Origin: Neophaeotheca triangularis
Taxonomy: Eukaryota
NCBI GenBank assembly: GCA_054600435.1
Contig: BAAIJX010000094.1
Coordinates: 1 to 51,753 of the forward strand
DNA length: 51,753 bases
Direction of reading: 5' to 3'
The position numbers and the translations under genes are program-made. Position 1 is the stretch's first letter, and each line of letters opens with the position of its first letter. A model generated the notes under the pieces. That model was not told where the DNA came from, did not search any database, and saw nothing but the letters and a program-made list of their open reading frames with translations. Positions 1-13,000 of this stretch are shown here, piece after piece.

Positions 1-174
1 AATAAATTAATTTTTTATTTTAAATAAATTATATTTTAAAAAAAAAAAACCCCCCCCCCCCCCCCCCCCCTTCCTTCACCCCTAAACGGCGGAGAAAAAA
101 TAGAGGAAAAACAAAACAAAAACAAAAACAAAACAAACAGCAAAGGAAAAAAGGGGGAAAAGGAAAAACCAACA
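1..174. other. Low-quality contig end (AT-rich run, poly-A, poly-C, degenerate A-rich repeat)
   Basis: Homopolymer runs grade into a corrupted version of the adjacent hexamer repeat and mirror the poly-G at the other end. Confidence 0.7.
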
Positions 175-305
175 CAAAAGCAAAAGCAAAAGCAAAAGCA
201 AAAGCAAAAGCAAAAGCAAAAGCAAAAGCAAAAGCAAAAGCAAAAGAAAAAGCAAAAGCAAAAGCAAAAGCAAAAGCAAAAGCAAAAGCAAAAGAAAAGA
301 AAAAG
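175..305 (+). repeat. (GCAAAA)n hexanucleotide microsatellite
   Basis: About 20 near-perfect tandem copies. They produce the spurious FAFAFA, CFCFCF and poly-L ORFs. Confidence 0.95.
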
Positions 306-855
306 CCAGCCAAGTAGCAACTCCGATTAAAAATCCAGGGGTATCATACCACATCATATCATATAATAAATACGCCACTTTTCCAATTCCCGCCATGATC
401 CATCTCGACAATGCAGTGTTCAAAAATCGCCTAGCCTCCAACGCCATCGCTCGAGAAAAGTCATCGCTCGAGGGGAGAAAAAAAAAAAAAAGTCCGCTGG
501 AGGAATCAACCTCAATCGCCGGTTGCCCGCCGGAAAGAAAGGGAAGCCCGCTCCTCGTTCGTTGAGGACCGCTTCGAACGCTTGGACTAAATGAATCGAC
601 TTCCCCCCTTGCCACCCCTATTTCATGGCGGAAATCCTTCCTTCCCCCAGTAGGACCAGTCGCACGTACCCAACCCCTCGTATGCGGCGGGTCTTGAGTT
701 TCGACAGCGTAGCCGTTCTCGCCTTGGTCTCGGTGTCTCTGTCTGTCTGTGCCTTTGCCTTGAGCAACAGAGACGGCAAAGCAGAAACCCAGGCACGGCC
801 GCTCGGTCCAGTTGCCGAGTACGAGGTAGAGTCTCACCAGCCCAGTCCGGCGCTC

Positions 856-3800
856 TCAAGCCGTGCTAAAAGGACTGACAGGCTCGCCGTCAACCTCCCT
901 CTCAACCTCCCTCTCGACTTCGTCGGAAGAAGCTGCCGACGCTCTTCTGAAACCATCATACCCTGATCCATCGAGCCCAGAGCCCTCGCTCTCGCCCCTA
1001 CTCTTATTGCCATTGCTGCCACTGCCACTGCCACTGCCACTGCCACTGCCACCACCACTACCACTACCAACAACAACAACCGTAGCTCCATCGCCACCCT
1101 GCCCGACCGTCGAGCCAAGTGGCGCTATTACCGTAGACGCAGAACCCCCAGACCCGGAAGATAGACCGTGGTTGGCCGTGAAAGCGGCCTTGTTGGCGGC
1201 ACTAGCGCTAACAGCAGGAGGAGAGGTCGTCGCAACAGGTCCAGCTCCAGCTCCAGCTCCACTCGCAGACTTAGCGCCAGTGGCCAAGAGTGGGACATCT
1301 TCACTCTCCTCCTCGGGTATAGGAGCACAGTATTGCTTGAGAACCTTTTTCAGCTGAGGGCGGCGAATGGGTTTAGATCTGGATATTTTTTCAACGTCAG
1401 TTTGACCGTCTTGTCTCTAGGGATTCCAGTTTGTCGCAGCCAAACCAGTTTCGAGAGAAACAAAAGGGCGGGGGAAACGATAAACTCACAAGAAATAATC
1501 CATGCCACTGTCCAAACAATCCTTGATATTGCTCTCCTCGGCAAAAGCCGTAAGCGCCACAATGGGCGCGCGGTAGCCAATCTCGCGAATCAAACGCGTA
1601 GATTGCAGCCCGTCGACATTCGGCATTTGAACATCCATAAAGATGAGATTATAAGGCTGCGGCCTTGGACCTCCGTCATTGCCGTTGTCGTCGTCGTCGT
1701 TGCCGTCGCCAGTGCCCAGACTCTCTCGCACCAGATCCAGCGCTTCTTGTCCGTCTCGCGCGACTGTCACGTCGTAGATGTCTTCGAGTTTCAGCATGCG
1801 GAGTACCACTTCTTGGTTGACTTTGTTGTCTTCGGCGACGAGGACGCGAATACGGCGTTCGTGGATTTTCCGCGTGGCGGAAGTTTGCATGGCTTCCATG
1901 GCGGCGGGTTGGGTCGTGCGGGTTTCGAGTGGTTGGGAGGTGGCGAAGAAGGGTTGAGAGAGGCCGATTAAGCGCGGTTGCGAGTCGAGTGTTGTGGTTG
2001 CTGGGGTGGGTTGTTGAGGGGGTGGTGGGGTTGAAGAGGCGTGGGTTGGGGTGGAGGAGGTTTTGGGGTTGGAGTTGGCGGGTGGGGGTGTGGAAGGGGG
2101 GGAGAGTTCGGAGGGGGCGGAGCGTGAGTGCTGCCTGGCTGGGGGACGTAGGCTGCCAGAGTTGAAACTTCCCGTGCGGCTGTCGTTGTCGTGGAAGGAG
2201 GTACTGTGGCGGTTGGTGAAGGTTTCCCCTGTTGTTGCGCCGGCGTCTCGACGCAGGTCTAGTGAGGACGAGGCTGTCGAGTCTGCGCGGTTCTCAAGAT
2301 GGCGAAGGGGAATCTTCATGGTGAAAGTGCTGCCTAGACCGGGCGTGCTCCGGACGCCAATGGTGCCGCGCATTAGGCTTGAGAGCTGCGAGCAGATGCT
2401 CAATCCCAAGCCTGTGCCGCCAAACTTCTTGCTTAGGCCTAGGTCGCCTTGGACAAAGGGCTCGAAGATGCGTTGTTGTAGGTTTTCAGGTATACCTGGG
2501 CCAGTATCTTGGACTTGGAACTCGAAGAACAGGTACTTGCCCGGGGGAGGACTGTTGGTGCGTTCAGAAGCCGTGGCGTGGGCGTAGGGTCTGTCGATTG
2601 CGTTAATTGCGTTGGCGGTGTTGGTAGGGTTATTGATGGGTAGGGTCGCATTCGAGTCCTTGTGCCTGGAACGTTGTCGAGACTGTCGGGACTGGACGCT
2701 GCCTTTTCTAGAGCCAACGTCTGGAATTTCAGGAAGGCATCTAATAGTCAGCACCACCGATCCACCTGGCGGCGTAAACTTCAGACTGTTGGAGACCAAA
2801 TTGATGACAACCTGCAGTATGCGATGCGTATCACCCCAGAGAATCATGTCCTTCATCCTGCCCATGCCCGTGGGTCCATGGGGGTTTCGTTGAGGCGAAC
2901 CACTGAGTTCATTACCGCCGAACTCAACACCCTCCCACTCCACCCTCAAATCAATCTGCCCTTCTTTCGCTTGCTTGTCAAAGATGGCCAGAATCTGCGA
3001 ACTGATATCACGCAAGCGAAACTCCTTCTCATCCAAGCTCAAATGCTGTCCGACCTGATTCTTGCTGAAAGTTAGGAGATCCGTGAGGAGGTTCAGAAGC
3101 AAATCACCACTCTTGTAGATGATGCCCAGACTTCTCTTCAGCCGTATCGGGTCATCTTCCTGCATGCACACAGCACACATTCCGAGGATACCGTTCAGCG
3201 GCGTCTTCAATTCGTGAGAGATGTTTGCGATGAAAAGCGTCTTGCTCTCGTTGGCAGCCTCGGCAGCCTTTTTGCTGAGTTCCAGCTCCTGGGTGCGTTG
3301 CTGCACTCGCTCCTCCAGCTTCTCATACTGCATCATCAGTTCGTCAGACATTTCGTTGAAAGTATACGTCAAATCCGTCAGCTCGTCATTGACAAAATGT
3401 TTGCGCTCTCTCACTTTGCCCGGAATGCGGAAAGCGCGCCGCCGTCGCTCTTCGCGCCTAGCTTCCTGCTGGGCGTTGCGCTTTTTTCGCCACTTGGTGA
3501 TGGGGTTGTGAAAGCCTTCCTTCTTCGCTAGCACTGCTGCCCCTCCGCTGGGATCGTTGTCATCGCTTGGTCCATCGCGTTGATCCGAGGAGGAGAAAGA
3601 GTCGAAGCTCGTCCTACTAAAGCTCGAATTCGGCGGTTCCACGGACTTCTTGGTCGCCTCTCGCAAGCGTCGTATGGGTGCGCTACCGAAGTGCGCGATA
3701 GGGTAAGAGACGATGACCATGAAGGCTGCCGTTGCGATAACGGAAGCGATCAGAATGTTTCGAAGGTGATCGATTGGACGCCAAACCTCGCTTCGCGCTT

Positions 3801-4908
3801 GCTCGACCATCACCACCCAGTCTACGACATCTGTTTGAGGTATCGCGAAGCCAACCGAGACTTTCTTGCCTGCCTCATTTCTCGATGAGATGAAAGCTCC
3901 ATTGTTGTCGCGGCCTTGGTTCCTCTGCGTCAAGACCTGTTCAACAGCTGGGTACTCGTCTGCATTGAGAGGGTCGTTTGCGGTCCCAATCACATGATCC
4001 GGATGCCTGGTCGAGGCCGTTTCGTTGAGTGCAGTGACGAATCGAACAGGTAATGGTTGGTCCACGCTTTCATCACGCAGATAAGGAAAGCCGTTTGGAA
4101 ACCTGTTGGCGTCGTTCACCGGACCGATGAGCAAGGTCTGTCCCGTCTCAAACAGCCCGTCTCTTGAGTCAATAACCGCCTGTATCAATCTCGCGTCCAT
4201 AACGACGGTGAGCCATCCGAGTACATCCACTGCCGAGGTATTGTTGATGATTGGCATCGTCAGAGATACCATGGAAAAGGTCTCATTAATACTCCACGGG
4301 CCGATGAGCAGGGTCGAGCTCGAGTTCAGAGTGACACCCTCAAAAGTCGCCACGGGCATGTCAAAAGTGCTGTTGTAAGGCTCGGTGGAGTATGTGAAGT
4401 TTGGGTATAATGGCGCAGGATATCCCAACCTATCATCCCCAAGAAAGACGTCATTGCCATTCTCGTCCTCGTACGGTAGTCTGATTCCGCTGTCCCCAGT
4501 AGAATTCAAGACATCGTAAGGCCCATTAGGCCCATCGTCGTTCAACGGATGTACGACAGCTTGCAACAATAAGGCTTGTCCCAGCGACCCATGACCACTT
4601 AGAGCCGCATCCAAGTCTGCTTGTGATTGATCCCAGCTGACATCCGTGTTATCCCCCTCATTATACCTCTGCAGGGCTTCCTGGATCAGTACTCTAGTGC
4701 TGACAAAGTTGGCGGTAGTTTGGTAGAGGTTGATAGCTGAAGCGATCTGGGCGGCTTTTAATGAGGCCGTCAGAGAGAGCCGGCTGGAACGGATATCGAC
4801 GACAAAGTTGTGGTTAGTAATCCAGGTCGCGATTGAGATTACGGCGAGCGAGATGAGCGAGGCGAGCACTATGATGGCGGCCAATTGTTCGCGGATTGGT
4901 ATACGCAT
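856..4908 (-). CDS. SLN1: Membrane hybrid histidine kinase, osmosensor SLN1/TcsB type; exons 4908-1490 and 1378-856 (1313 aa)
   Basis: Two TM segments, H-box ANISHELKTPLNG, N-box NLVSNSLKFT, G-boxes DTGPGI and GGTGLGL, receiver LIFMDVQMP. Intron 1489-1379 (GTGAGT..CTGAC..CAG) joins MDYFL to SKPIRRPQLKKVL, completing the receiver, followed by a Gly/Ser tail. Confidence 0.93.
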
Positions 4909-5311
4909 GGCTGGCGGTGACTAGATCGGGGTCTCTGGCGTGAACCTCGTGCAACCTCTGGAAGACCTTGGATAGATAACAGAAGATGGTTCTCGAGGTA
5001 TGCGGCCTGTGGTGAGTAGTCGAGTCCGAACAGTAGCTTGGTGACTTTCTGGATGCGAGGGACAGTGCCCCGTCAGCTATGTGCAAGCTTAAGGTACGTT
5101 TCGAGTCGCATTTCAGGCAGTCTATGCTAGCGTGACAGACGGCACTTGTGAAGGGTGAAATGTAGATCTGACGTGAAGTTGCGGACCAAGAAGGGGGAAA
5201 TTGGGTATTCGGAGCGGAAAGTAAGGTAGGTGGTGTTTGCGGCGAGGTAAGCTGGGTGGGTAATGGCAGAAACGTGGGGGTCCAAAAGAGTGAAATTCAG
5301 GCGTTTTGGTA

Positions 5312-5353
5312 CGTGGTGGTAGTGGTGGTGGTGGTGGTGGTGGTGATGGTGGT
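5312..5353 (+). repeat. (GTG)n microsatellite
   Basis: Imperfect trinucleotide run upstream of the kinase. Confidence 0.85.
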
Positions 5354-6624
5354 GCTACTCGTTGCTTGTGTCTTTGGTGAGCTCGAGTAGTGAGGTGGTA
5401 AGTAAAAGTGGTGTGAAGAAGGTCAAAAGTCGCCGGCAGAGTGGTCGTGGGGAAAAACGAAGGTGCAGGTGGTAGGTGAAAGCGGGTGCAAGCGCATGCT
5501 CATGAGCGTGTAGGGATGGACACAGGTAACGGGCATGGATGCTCACTTCTTTGCCGGTCTGGAACATGGAATGTAATAAGTTGGGTAGCCAGCCCTTCGC
5601 CCCGTCTAATACATTAGTAACTCTAGGTAATTCACCTATCCATCGGCTTCCATTGCCTTGGGTTCCGATTGAGTGGATATGCTATCTACCTCTACACGCT
5701 TGTGATTATATATAAGATACATACCTACTGACCATGTTCATGTCGAGGAAAGGTAAAGGCAATGCCAAGCAAATCGACTAATACTAAAGTTGGACATGTC
5801 GATCACTCCACCTCAGTTCTAGACTCTACCTCTGCTAACTTTAATACGCGGGGAATACAACCTGGAAGGTCCCGTCGCGTGTTTACAGCCGTTGACCCGC
5901 TCAAACCGCTGCCACTGAGAAGTCAAGTTACTCGACTACTCCCGTCTGCTACAGCTAGTATCTTCACATAACCCTGAGCAATAACAGATACCTCGTATAT
6001 ACTGCTTGAAAACACTCGAGCTCTTACATCAGCGCGAACACCAAGGTAACTTATGTTCAATAACAACAAGGCGCGACCGCGACTCTATTATATACACGCG
6101 CAGTACTAGTACACATGATAGTAGTATAGTGCGCGCTTAAAAGTCTACATCATTATTCGTCCGCTTCTCTTCCTGAAACACACTTCCAAACTTCCTCTGC
6201 TCCCGTCTACCGACCCGACTGCAACCCCCAGCCTCTCCTCCGACCTCCGGCCAAACATCACGTCTACAACGTTCACCTTTCGCGATATCCTCGTGTTCTT
6301 CTCCCTTCGATGCCGCTTTAGCTTTGCATCAACCACAGCATTTCCTGCTCTTCACATCCACAGCTTGCCGTTTGTGACTCACCCTCTTTGCGGATAGTCT
6401 TCTTGCATGCTGCTGTGAAGACTTGCGACGAGCAGGATGCGAGAGAGTGTACCTCCAGAGGTAGGTATAAGCCCAATGCCACTGCGATCCCAATGCCTTA
6501 TAAGTCTCTTCTCTTTCCTTCTTTACTCTCTCCATCCCCGTACTGTACCTGCACCTGCAAGCGCCATCGCGATCGAATACCATTCTCATCTCCACTCTTC
6601 ACCTCATATCAATGAAGCTGTATA

Positions 6625-8646
6625 ATGGCAGAATACCAAGCAAGATCCAAAGCCTTCCCGCTGGCTAGCAAGCCTTCTACCGCCTTCTCGACCCATTCTT
6701 CGGCCGCTTCTGCTACCTCGGCTGGTACCGCGCGTAGTGGCGGGAGTAGGTTGCTCTTTGGAGAGATAGATACGAGCAGCGATAGATGTATGGTTCTATA
6801 TCAACCTGACATATCAACGGCCTTCAGCTGACCGGTTAATGCTGCAGCTTCAGAGAGTTTCGCTAGCGTCTGCAGCCTGGTGCTGTCGGACAGCTCGACC
6901 TTTCTCAAGTTCTGGCTGGCGGAAGAATGTCGCGAAACCTTTATCAAGAATGTAGCGAGGGACGACCTCTTCAACTTGCGACTCGTCTGTCATGACTTTA
7001 GTGTTCGAGCAGCGCCTGCGCTTTTCGACCAATTGAGCATTACATTCCGACCTAGAACCTTCACAAGACCAGCAAGACTAGCCGCGCTCGACCGCATAGG
7101 CTACCATGTCAAGACCCTCCAATTCAATCTCCCGCGCACGGCCGAATCGTTCCTCCCACCCCTCATCCACCCCGAGACAGGCGAAGAGCTCAACTTCCCC
7201 TATACGCCGCAACTCGAAACCTCCCGCCACCCCAAATACAACGACACGAACACCACAGAACTCCTAACGCAACAATACCCACCTCTCTTTCACGCCGCCA
7301 CCAACGTTCCAGCCTTTATCCACGCCTTTGCCTCCCTCCCCGCCCTCTCCCATCTTCACATTGACTGTCCAAACTACACTCTAAGTTCAACCCCTAGCCG
7401 CCGGAGCATTATCGACTTCGCCCTCATCTCCCTCCGCATAGCCATTGAGCGCAACCCCCTACCCGCCCTAACAGCCCTAACCCTCTCCAACCTCCATCCA
7501 AACGCCATCCTCTACTTCTCACCTCTACTAGGCTACGCCGCAACCCCAACCTCCGCCAAAACATGGTCCCGCATCACCTCCCTCAGCATAAGCATGCACC
7601 CACCTCCCCCACTCGCGCAAACAACCGCAGAACACCCGAACCACCTCATCCTCCTGCAAACCTACCTTCGCAACTTCCGCGCCGGTCTAAAACAATTCTC
7701 TTTCACCTGGCTAGGCGAGACGAAAGGCCCTCTCCCCTTCCCGGTCGCGAGTGCAGCACCCCCTCACAAACCCAACTCCAACCACTTCCCCCTTCTCCAC
7801 TCCCTACACCTAACAAACACAACAACCACCGCCACAGCTCTAGCAACCTTCATCTCAACCCACAAACCCTCCTTACAAAACCTAAAATTCACAAACGTCG
7901 CCCTGGAAACGGGAAAGTGGGAACAAGCCCTAGAACCAATAACGCGCAAGCACCGCACCGCGAGCGCAGGCAGCGACAAAAACGTCGCCAAGCGCAGCGA
8001 ACACCAGAACGCATGGCTTTTCCCAGAAGTTCTGGGCCATATCCCCATCATGCTGAGCCCTTCCACCGCTTCCCCGACGAGCGGCAGGGCTGTCGAGACG
8101 GGATCTCGTGTTTCTTTCGCCCGCGGGGCTGTCTGTTCTGCGTCTTCTTCGTCATCGCTGCCGAGCGGAGGCCCCGATCTCGATCGTGGGCTGGGCTGCC
8201 ATCCGGCCCTGGCGCCATTGTCGCTGCCGCCACCGCTGCCGCTGCCGCCGCCGTCGAGGCTGCCGTCGAAGCTGCCTTTCGTTGCTGGACGTGCGAAAGT
8301 CGCTGATGGGCGAGGGGCTGAGGGATTCGAGGCCACGCGCGAGCGTTCTCGGTTTCTTTGTAATCGTCACGGCCAGCGCGGCCAGCACGGCCAGCATCGT
8401 CGGCCGAGGCGTCGTCGTGAGCACGAGCGCGAGCGCCGGCTTGGACGTGGACGTGGATGTGGATGTGGATGTGGATGTGGATGTGGATGTGGATTTGCGC
8501 GGGACGAGGAATCGGGACGTGATGAGGTGGTCGAAGGCACTGTGCCTGCGACTGTTGTGGTTGGGGATGGAGTGGTTGATGGGAAGGCTGTGGGGAAGTG
8601 GGCTAGGGTCTGTGAGGGGTTGGGGAGGATTTGGGGGAGGGGGTAG
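6625..8646 (+). CDS. Fungal hypothetical protein with F-box-like N-terminal motif; exons 6625-6787 and 6848-8646
   Basis: Intron 6788-6847 (GTATGG..GCTGAC..CAG) joins ORF 6625 in frame with ORF 6880. DDLFNLRLVCHDF is F-box-like, followed by Leu-rich segments and a low-complexity tail. Confidence 0.72.
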
Positions 8647-10044
8647 GGTGTTGGTTTGTAGTTGGTGGTTAGTGGTTGTTCGGGTTTTATAGGGGGCTGT
8701 GATTGGGTGGGCGGTGGGTGGTGATGGCTGTAAAGTGGGTTTGTTTGCAGTTTCGAATGGGGGGGTTTTTTTTTTTCTTTTTGAGACGGCCGCTGTTGGG
8801 ATGGTTCGTAATGAGTGTGTTTGATTTGATAACGTGTGTGATGAGATATGATGAAACGTCATGAGACACGATCTAAGTCATTCGACATTGTTGTTTTGTG
8901 ACGGCTGTATTTGGGGAGCCTGTATTTCGAGGTTTGCATGGACTGGACTGCTTTGGGAAAGAAATTGTGGCCAAGGTTTTCTTGTTGGGTAATTGTCGAC
9001 TAGGTGCAATGTTAGGGGGGAGGCAAAGATGTCTAGTCGTATTTCAATTTAAGGTGGCCGAAGGTGGCGGGGGAACTTTGTACGGTACTCCCAGGAGAAC
9101 CGTCCTAAAAAAAAACAGGGGTGAATTTGGACGGTACTCCAGGAGAACCGTCTGAGAGAAATATAGGGGGGGGGGACCACCAGGCCCTGGCTTACTCATC
9201 AACTGATATGGATTAAGGCAGCATTCAGCGTCAAGCCTCTTAGCCTACAGGGTTAGGGTTTCGAGGTACCTAGGGTTCGAGTTGTAGAAGTGGAAGCGAC
9301 CACGGTTTTGCGGGGATAGCCGTTATTAGTCTTGTGACATATGGCCAGGCAGCATCACGTGGCTTCGTGAAGCGTTATCGCGGCTCACGAAAAACAACTT
9401 CGGCTAGTTGTGATTGTGCATAAGGTACTGTACAGCCTACTGCGACAGCGTCCGTCTACTATTACAACACCACCTGCACCTTACCAACACCTCTTCTTGT
9501 CTCGTCGCCGTTGCAGCAAACCCCACCCCCCCCCCTTCTGCTTGCATCACTGGCACTGTTCTCCTATCTTCTCGCCCTACCTTCTCCGCAGCGCACTACA
9601 TCTTCCCCACCACCGCTTCGAGGCGCGCAAGGCAGGCAGCCGAGTCAGGTTTCAACCCGCCATCGCGACCCGTCACAAAAAGAGGCAACCAGTCCGGTCT
9701 AGCGGGGCGAACTCGATCCGACAACACCTCACTCAGCCTTGCGACTTGCGCCTTGAGACTTGCGTGCGACTTGTGACTTGCCCTTCACTTTCTTCACCGG
9801 AATAACAAGTCACTCAGTCACCTACTCCGCCACGGCTGCCTTTCACCGCGGCTCGACGAGACACTCTGCCAAAGACATGCAGTGATCCTCCCTGCTCCGC
9901 CGCCCTGCTCAACTCTGATCTCGGTACACCTCACACCCTCGCCTCGACGGAACCCACGTCTTGTCGACATCTTTTTACCAACATCCATTTCTTCACTTCT
10001 CCCTTCTTTCGTTCAACGATACCCAACGTCCGCCATCGGGAGTC

Positions 10045-13000
10045 ATGACATCCTCCAACATGTCTCGAGACCAACTTGAGGAGGATCTGGCCTTCACTGA
10101 AGTCATGCTACAGTCGCTCGATTCAGGCGCCGACGATTATGCTGTGAGACTGGGTGAACTTCTCGCAGAAAAGGAGGATTTGCAGAACAAGCTCGAAAAC
10201 TTGAGCAGCGCCTCCTCGCAACAACAGAATCAGGCGCGAGGATCATATCAGAACGGTGACGGCTATAGTAACGGCAATGCCCATCCACAGAGTTCGGATT
10301 TCTGGCAGACTGCTATGAACGGTCACTATGGTGGTGCTGGTGCTTCTGGCAATGGAGCACCTGCTAGCAGTAGGACGGTATCTGCTGCTTCGTCGTTCGG
10401 CAACCAGAGCAACAAGCGTCCACGCCCTCAATCTTCGACGTTGGGGATTGAAGAACGTCCATCCAAGATTCGTACGCCTGACCATTCTTCTCCTGACGAC
10501 GATACCTCTTCCATGGACGACTTTGAGCTCATCGAGAACCCGGATGCTGCCATTACTGAGAAGCACAGGAAGCGCCAGCTAGAGATTGAGGCGACTATCG
10601 CGCAGAAGCGCGCGGCAGTCCAGGCTGACGCCGAATTTGCCCGACGTTTCAGCCAGCAGAACGGCTACCAGCAGGGGTCGACCTCGTCAAATTCCAGCTC
10701 CAGTAATGGTCATGTTCAAACCACGATCGGGCATGGAGGCAGCTTCGCCAAGCCGCCTCCGTCGCAGGTCAAGACAGAATACTCAGGACAGGTGGCTCCT
10801 TCTCCAATGCGAAATTCGATGACCAGCAGGCCTTGGGAAGCAAACTACAACGCCCGCACCCCGCAGGTCAAGCCAGAACCGGGACCCAGCCGTCAGCCAC
10901 AGCGTCTTCCTCAGCGTCTGCACGATACTGGCACTGTCGATCTTACTGCTAGTGACAGTGAAGATGAGCCTCAATTCGTAGCACGACCTACTCCTACCGT
11001 GCAGCGTTCGAACCCGTATCCATACGCAAACTCCACTCAACACACACCCCACAGACCCTCTATGCCTGGCAGCTACCCGTCTGCGTATGGAAATAACAGT
11101 CCGTATGTGTACGGGAACGATGGTCCACGTCTGCCTCCGGTTATGCAGAATGGCGGCTATAACCAAGCTCTTGCCGAGTCATTGAGGGCAGCCAGAAACG
11201 CCGCCAGCGGTGCGTATGGTCAGGGCATGTCGCATCTTCAACAGCTTGGTGGCTTGATCGGCGGAAGTTCAGCAGCTGGCTTATCCGCGTATGGTGGCGA
11301 AATTTCCGACGACGACGATGATGACGCGCCGAGGTGGACTGGTACTAGGAATGTCAGCCACTACGCTGGTATGGAGGAACTTTACAACAGCCGATACCGC
11401 GAGATTGCTTCGTACGATCCGGCCAAAACCAAGGAGGAGATCAACAGTCTCCTTGAGAATATTCGCCCGGACGAGGACTTACCCGCCGATGCGCTTGTCA
11501 AAACCCCTGAACCGATGTCGATCAAGCTTCACAAGTACCAAGAGATGGGTTTGACTTGGCTGACCAAGGCTGAGGAAGGCAAGAACCAGGGTGGTATACT
11601 TGGTGACGAGATGGGTTTGGGAAAGACAATTCAGATGCTTTCACTCATGGTCAGCCGCAAGTCCGATGATCCTCGCTGCAAGACCACCTTGATTGTTGCG
11701 CCTGTGGCACTGCTCCGTCAGTGGAAACAGGAGATTCAGCACAAGATCCGGCCAGGCAGACACGCTCTCTCTGTCTACACCCACCACGGCGCCTCCAAGA
11801 AGCACGACTTCAACGACTTCCGTCATTACGATGTTGTCTTGACTACTTATGGTAGCTTGGCTTCTGAGGTCAAGAGGCAGGAGAAATTCCACCTCCGCAA
11901 AGCCACAGACCCGCAAGCGCAGCCTCGCAAAGACGAGAAGTGTGTTCTGATCGGCCACGACAAACTCTGGTATCGCGTCCTGCTCGACGAAGCTCAGTGC
12001 ATCAAGAACAAGGGCACGCAAACTTCCAAAGGCGCTTGCATGCTCAACGCCAAATACCGTTTCTGCATGACCGGAACTCCGATGATGAACAACGTTGAGG
12101 AACTCTTCTCGCTTATCAAGTTTTTGAAGGTCAAACCTTACTGCGTTTGGGAGAGTTTCAGGAAGGACTTCACTCAACCCCTCAAGAGCGGCAACGATGA
12201 CACCAAAGACCGCGCAATGCAGAAACTGCAAGCCCTCTGCAAAGCCATCATGTTGCGTCGTACCAAGAGCTCCACGTACGAAGGCAAGCCCATATTGGTT
12301 TTGCCACAACGCACTACCGACACGGACAATGTGGAGTTCTCGCAGGATGAAACCGACTTCTACAAAGCTCTGGAGTCGCGCTCGCAGTTGCAGTTCAACA
12401 AGTACCTCAAAAAGGGCACCGTGGGTACCAATTACTCTGCCGTTCTTGTGCTGCTTCTCCGTCTTCGCCAGGCTTGCTGCCACCCTCATCTCATCCGCGA
12501 CTTTGGCGTCTCTGCTTCCGCCGATATCACTCCCGATGCTATGGTCGAGCTGGCGAAGCAACTAGAACCTCATGTCGTCACTCGCATCAAAGAGACCGAA
12601 GGCAACTTTGAATGTCCCGTGTGTTACGACGCTCAGACCAACCCTGCCATCTTCTTCCCATGCGGCCACGACACTTGCCAGGAATGTTTCGCCAAGATCG
12701 CCGACCCCGCTGCCGCCCTTCAGCAGGGCAATGAGGGCAGCGTTGCTGCCAGGTGTCCCGAGTGTCGCGGTGCTATCGATCCGAAGAAAGTCACGGACTT
12801 TGCCAGTTTCAAGAAGGTGCACATGCCGGAGTTGTTGACCGAGGCGGAGAGAGCGGGGATGCAAGAGGAGGATGAGGATAGTGATTCGGATAGCGAGGAC
12901 GATGATAATGAGGATGAGCCGGAAAGTTGGGATGACGTTGACGAGCAGGGTAATCTGGATGGCTTTGTTGTTGGTGATGAGGAGGTTGAGATGGACGTCA

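Noticed and set aside
29..837. ORFs with FAFAFA, CFCFCF or poly-L
   Set aside because: They are translations of the (GCAAAA)n microsatellite.
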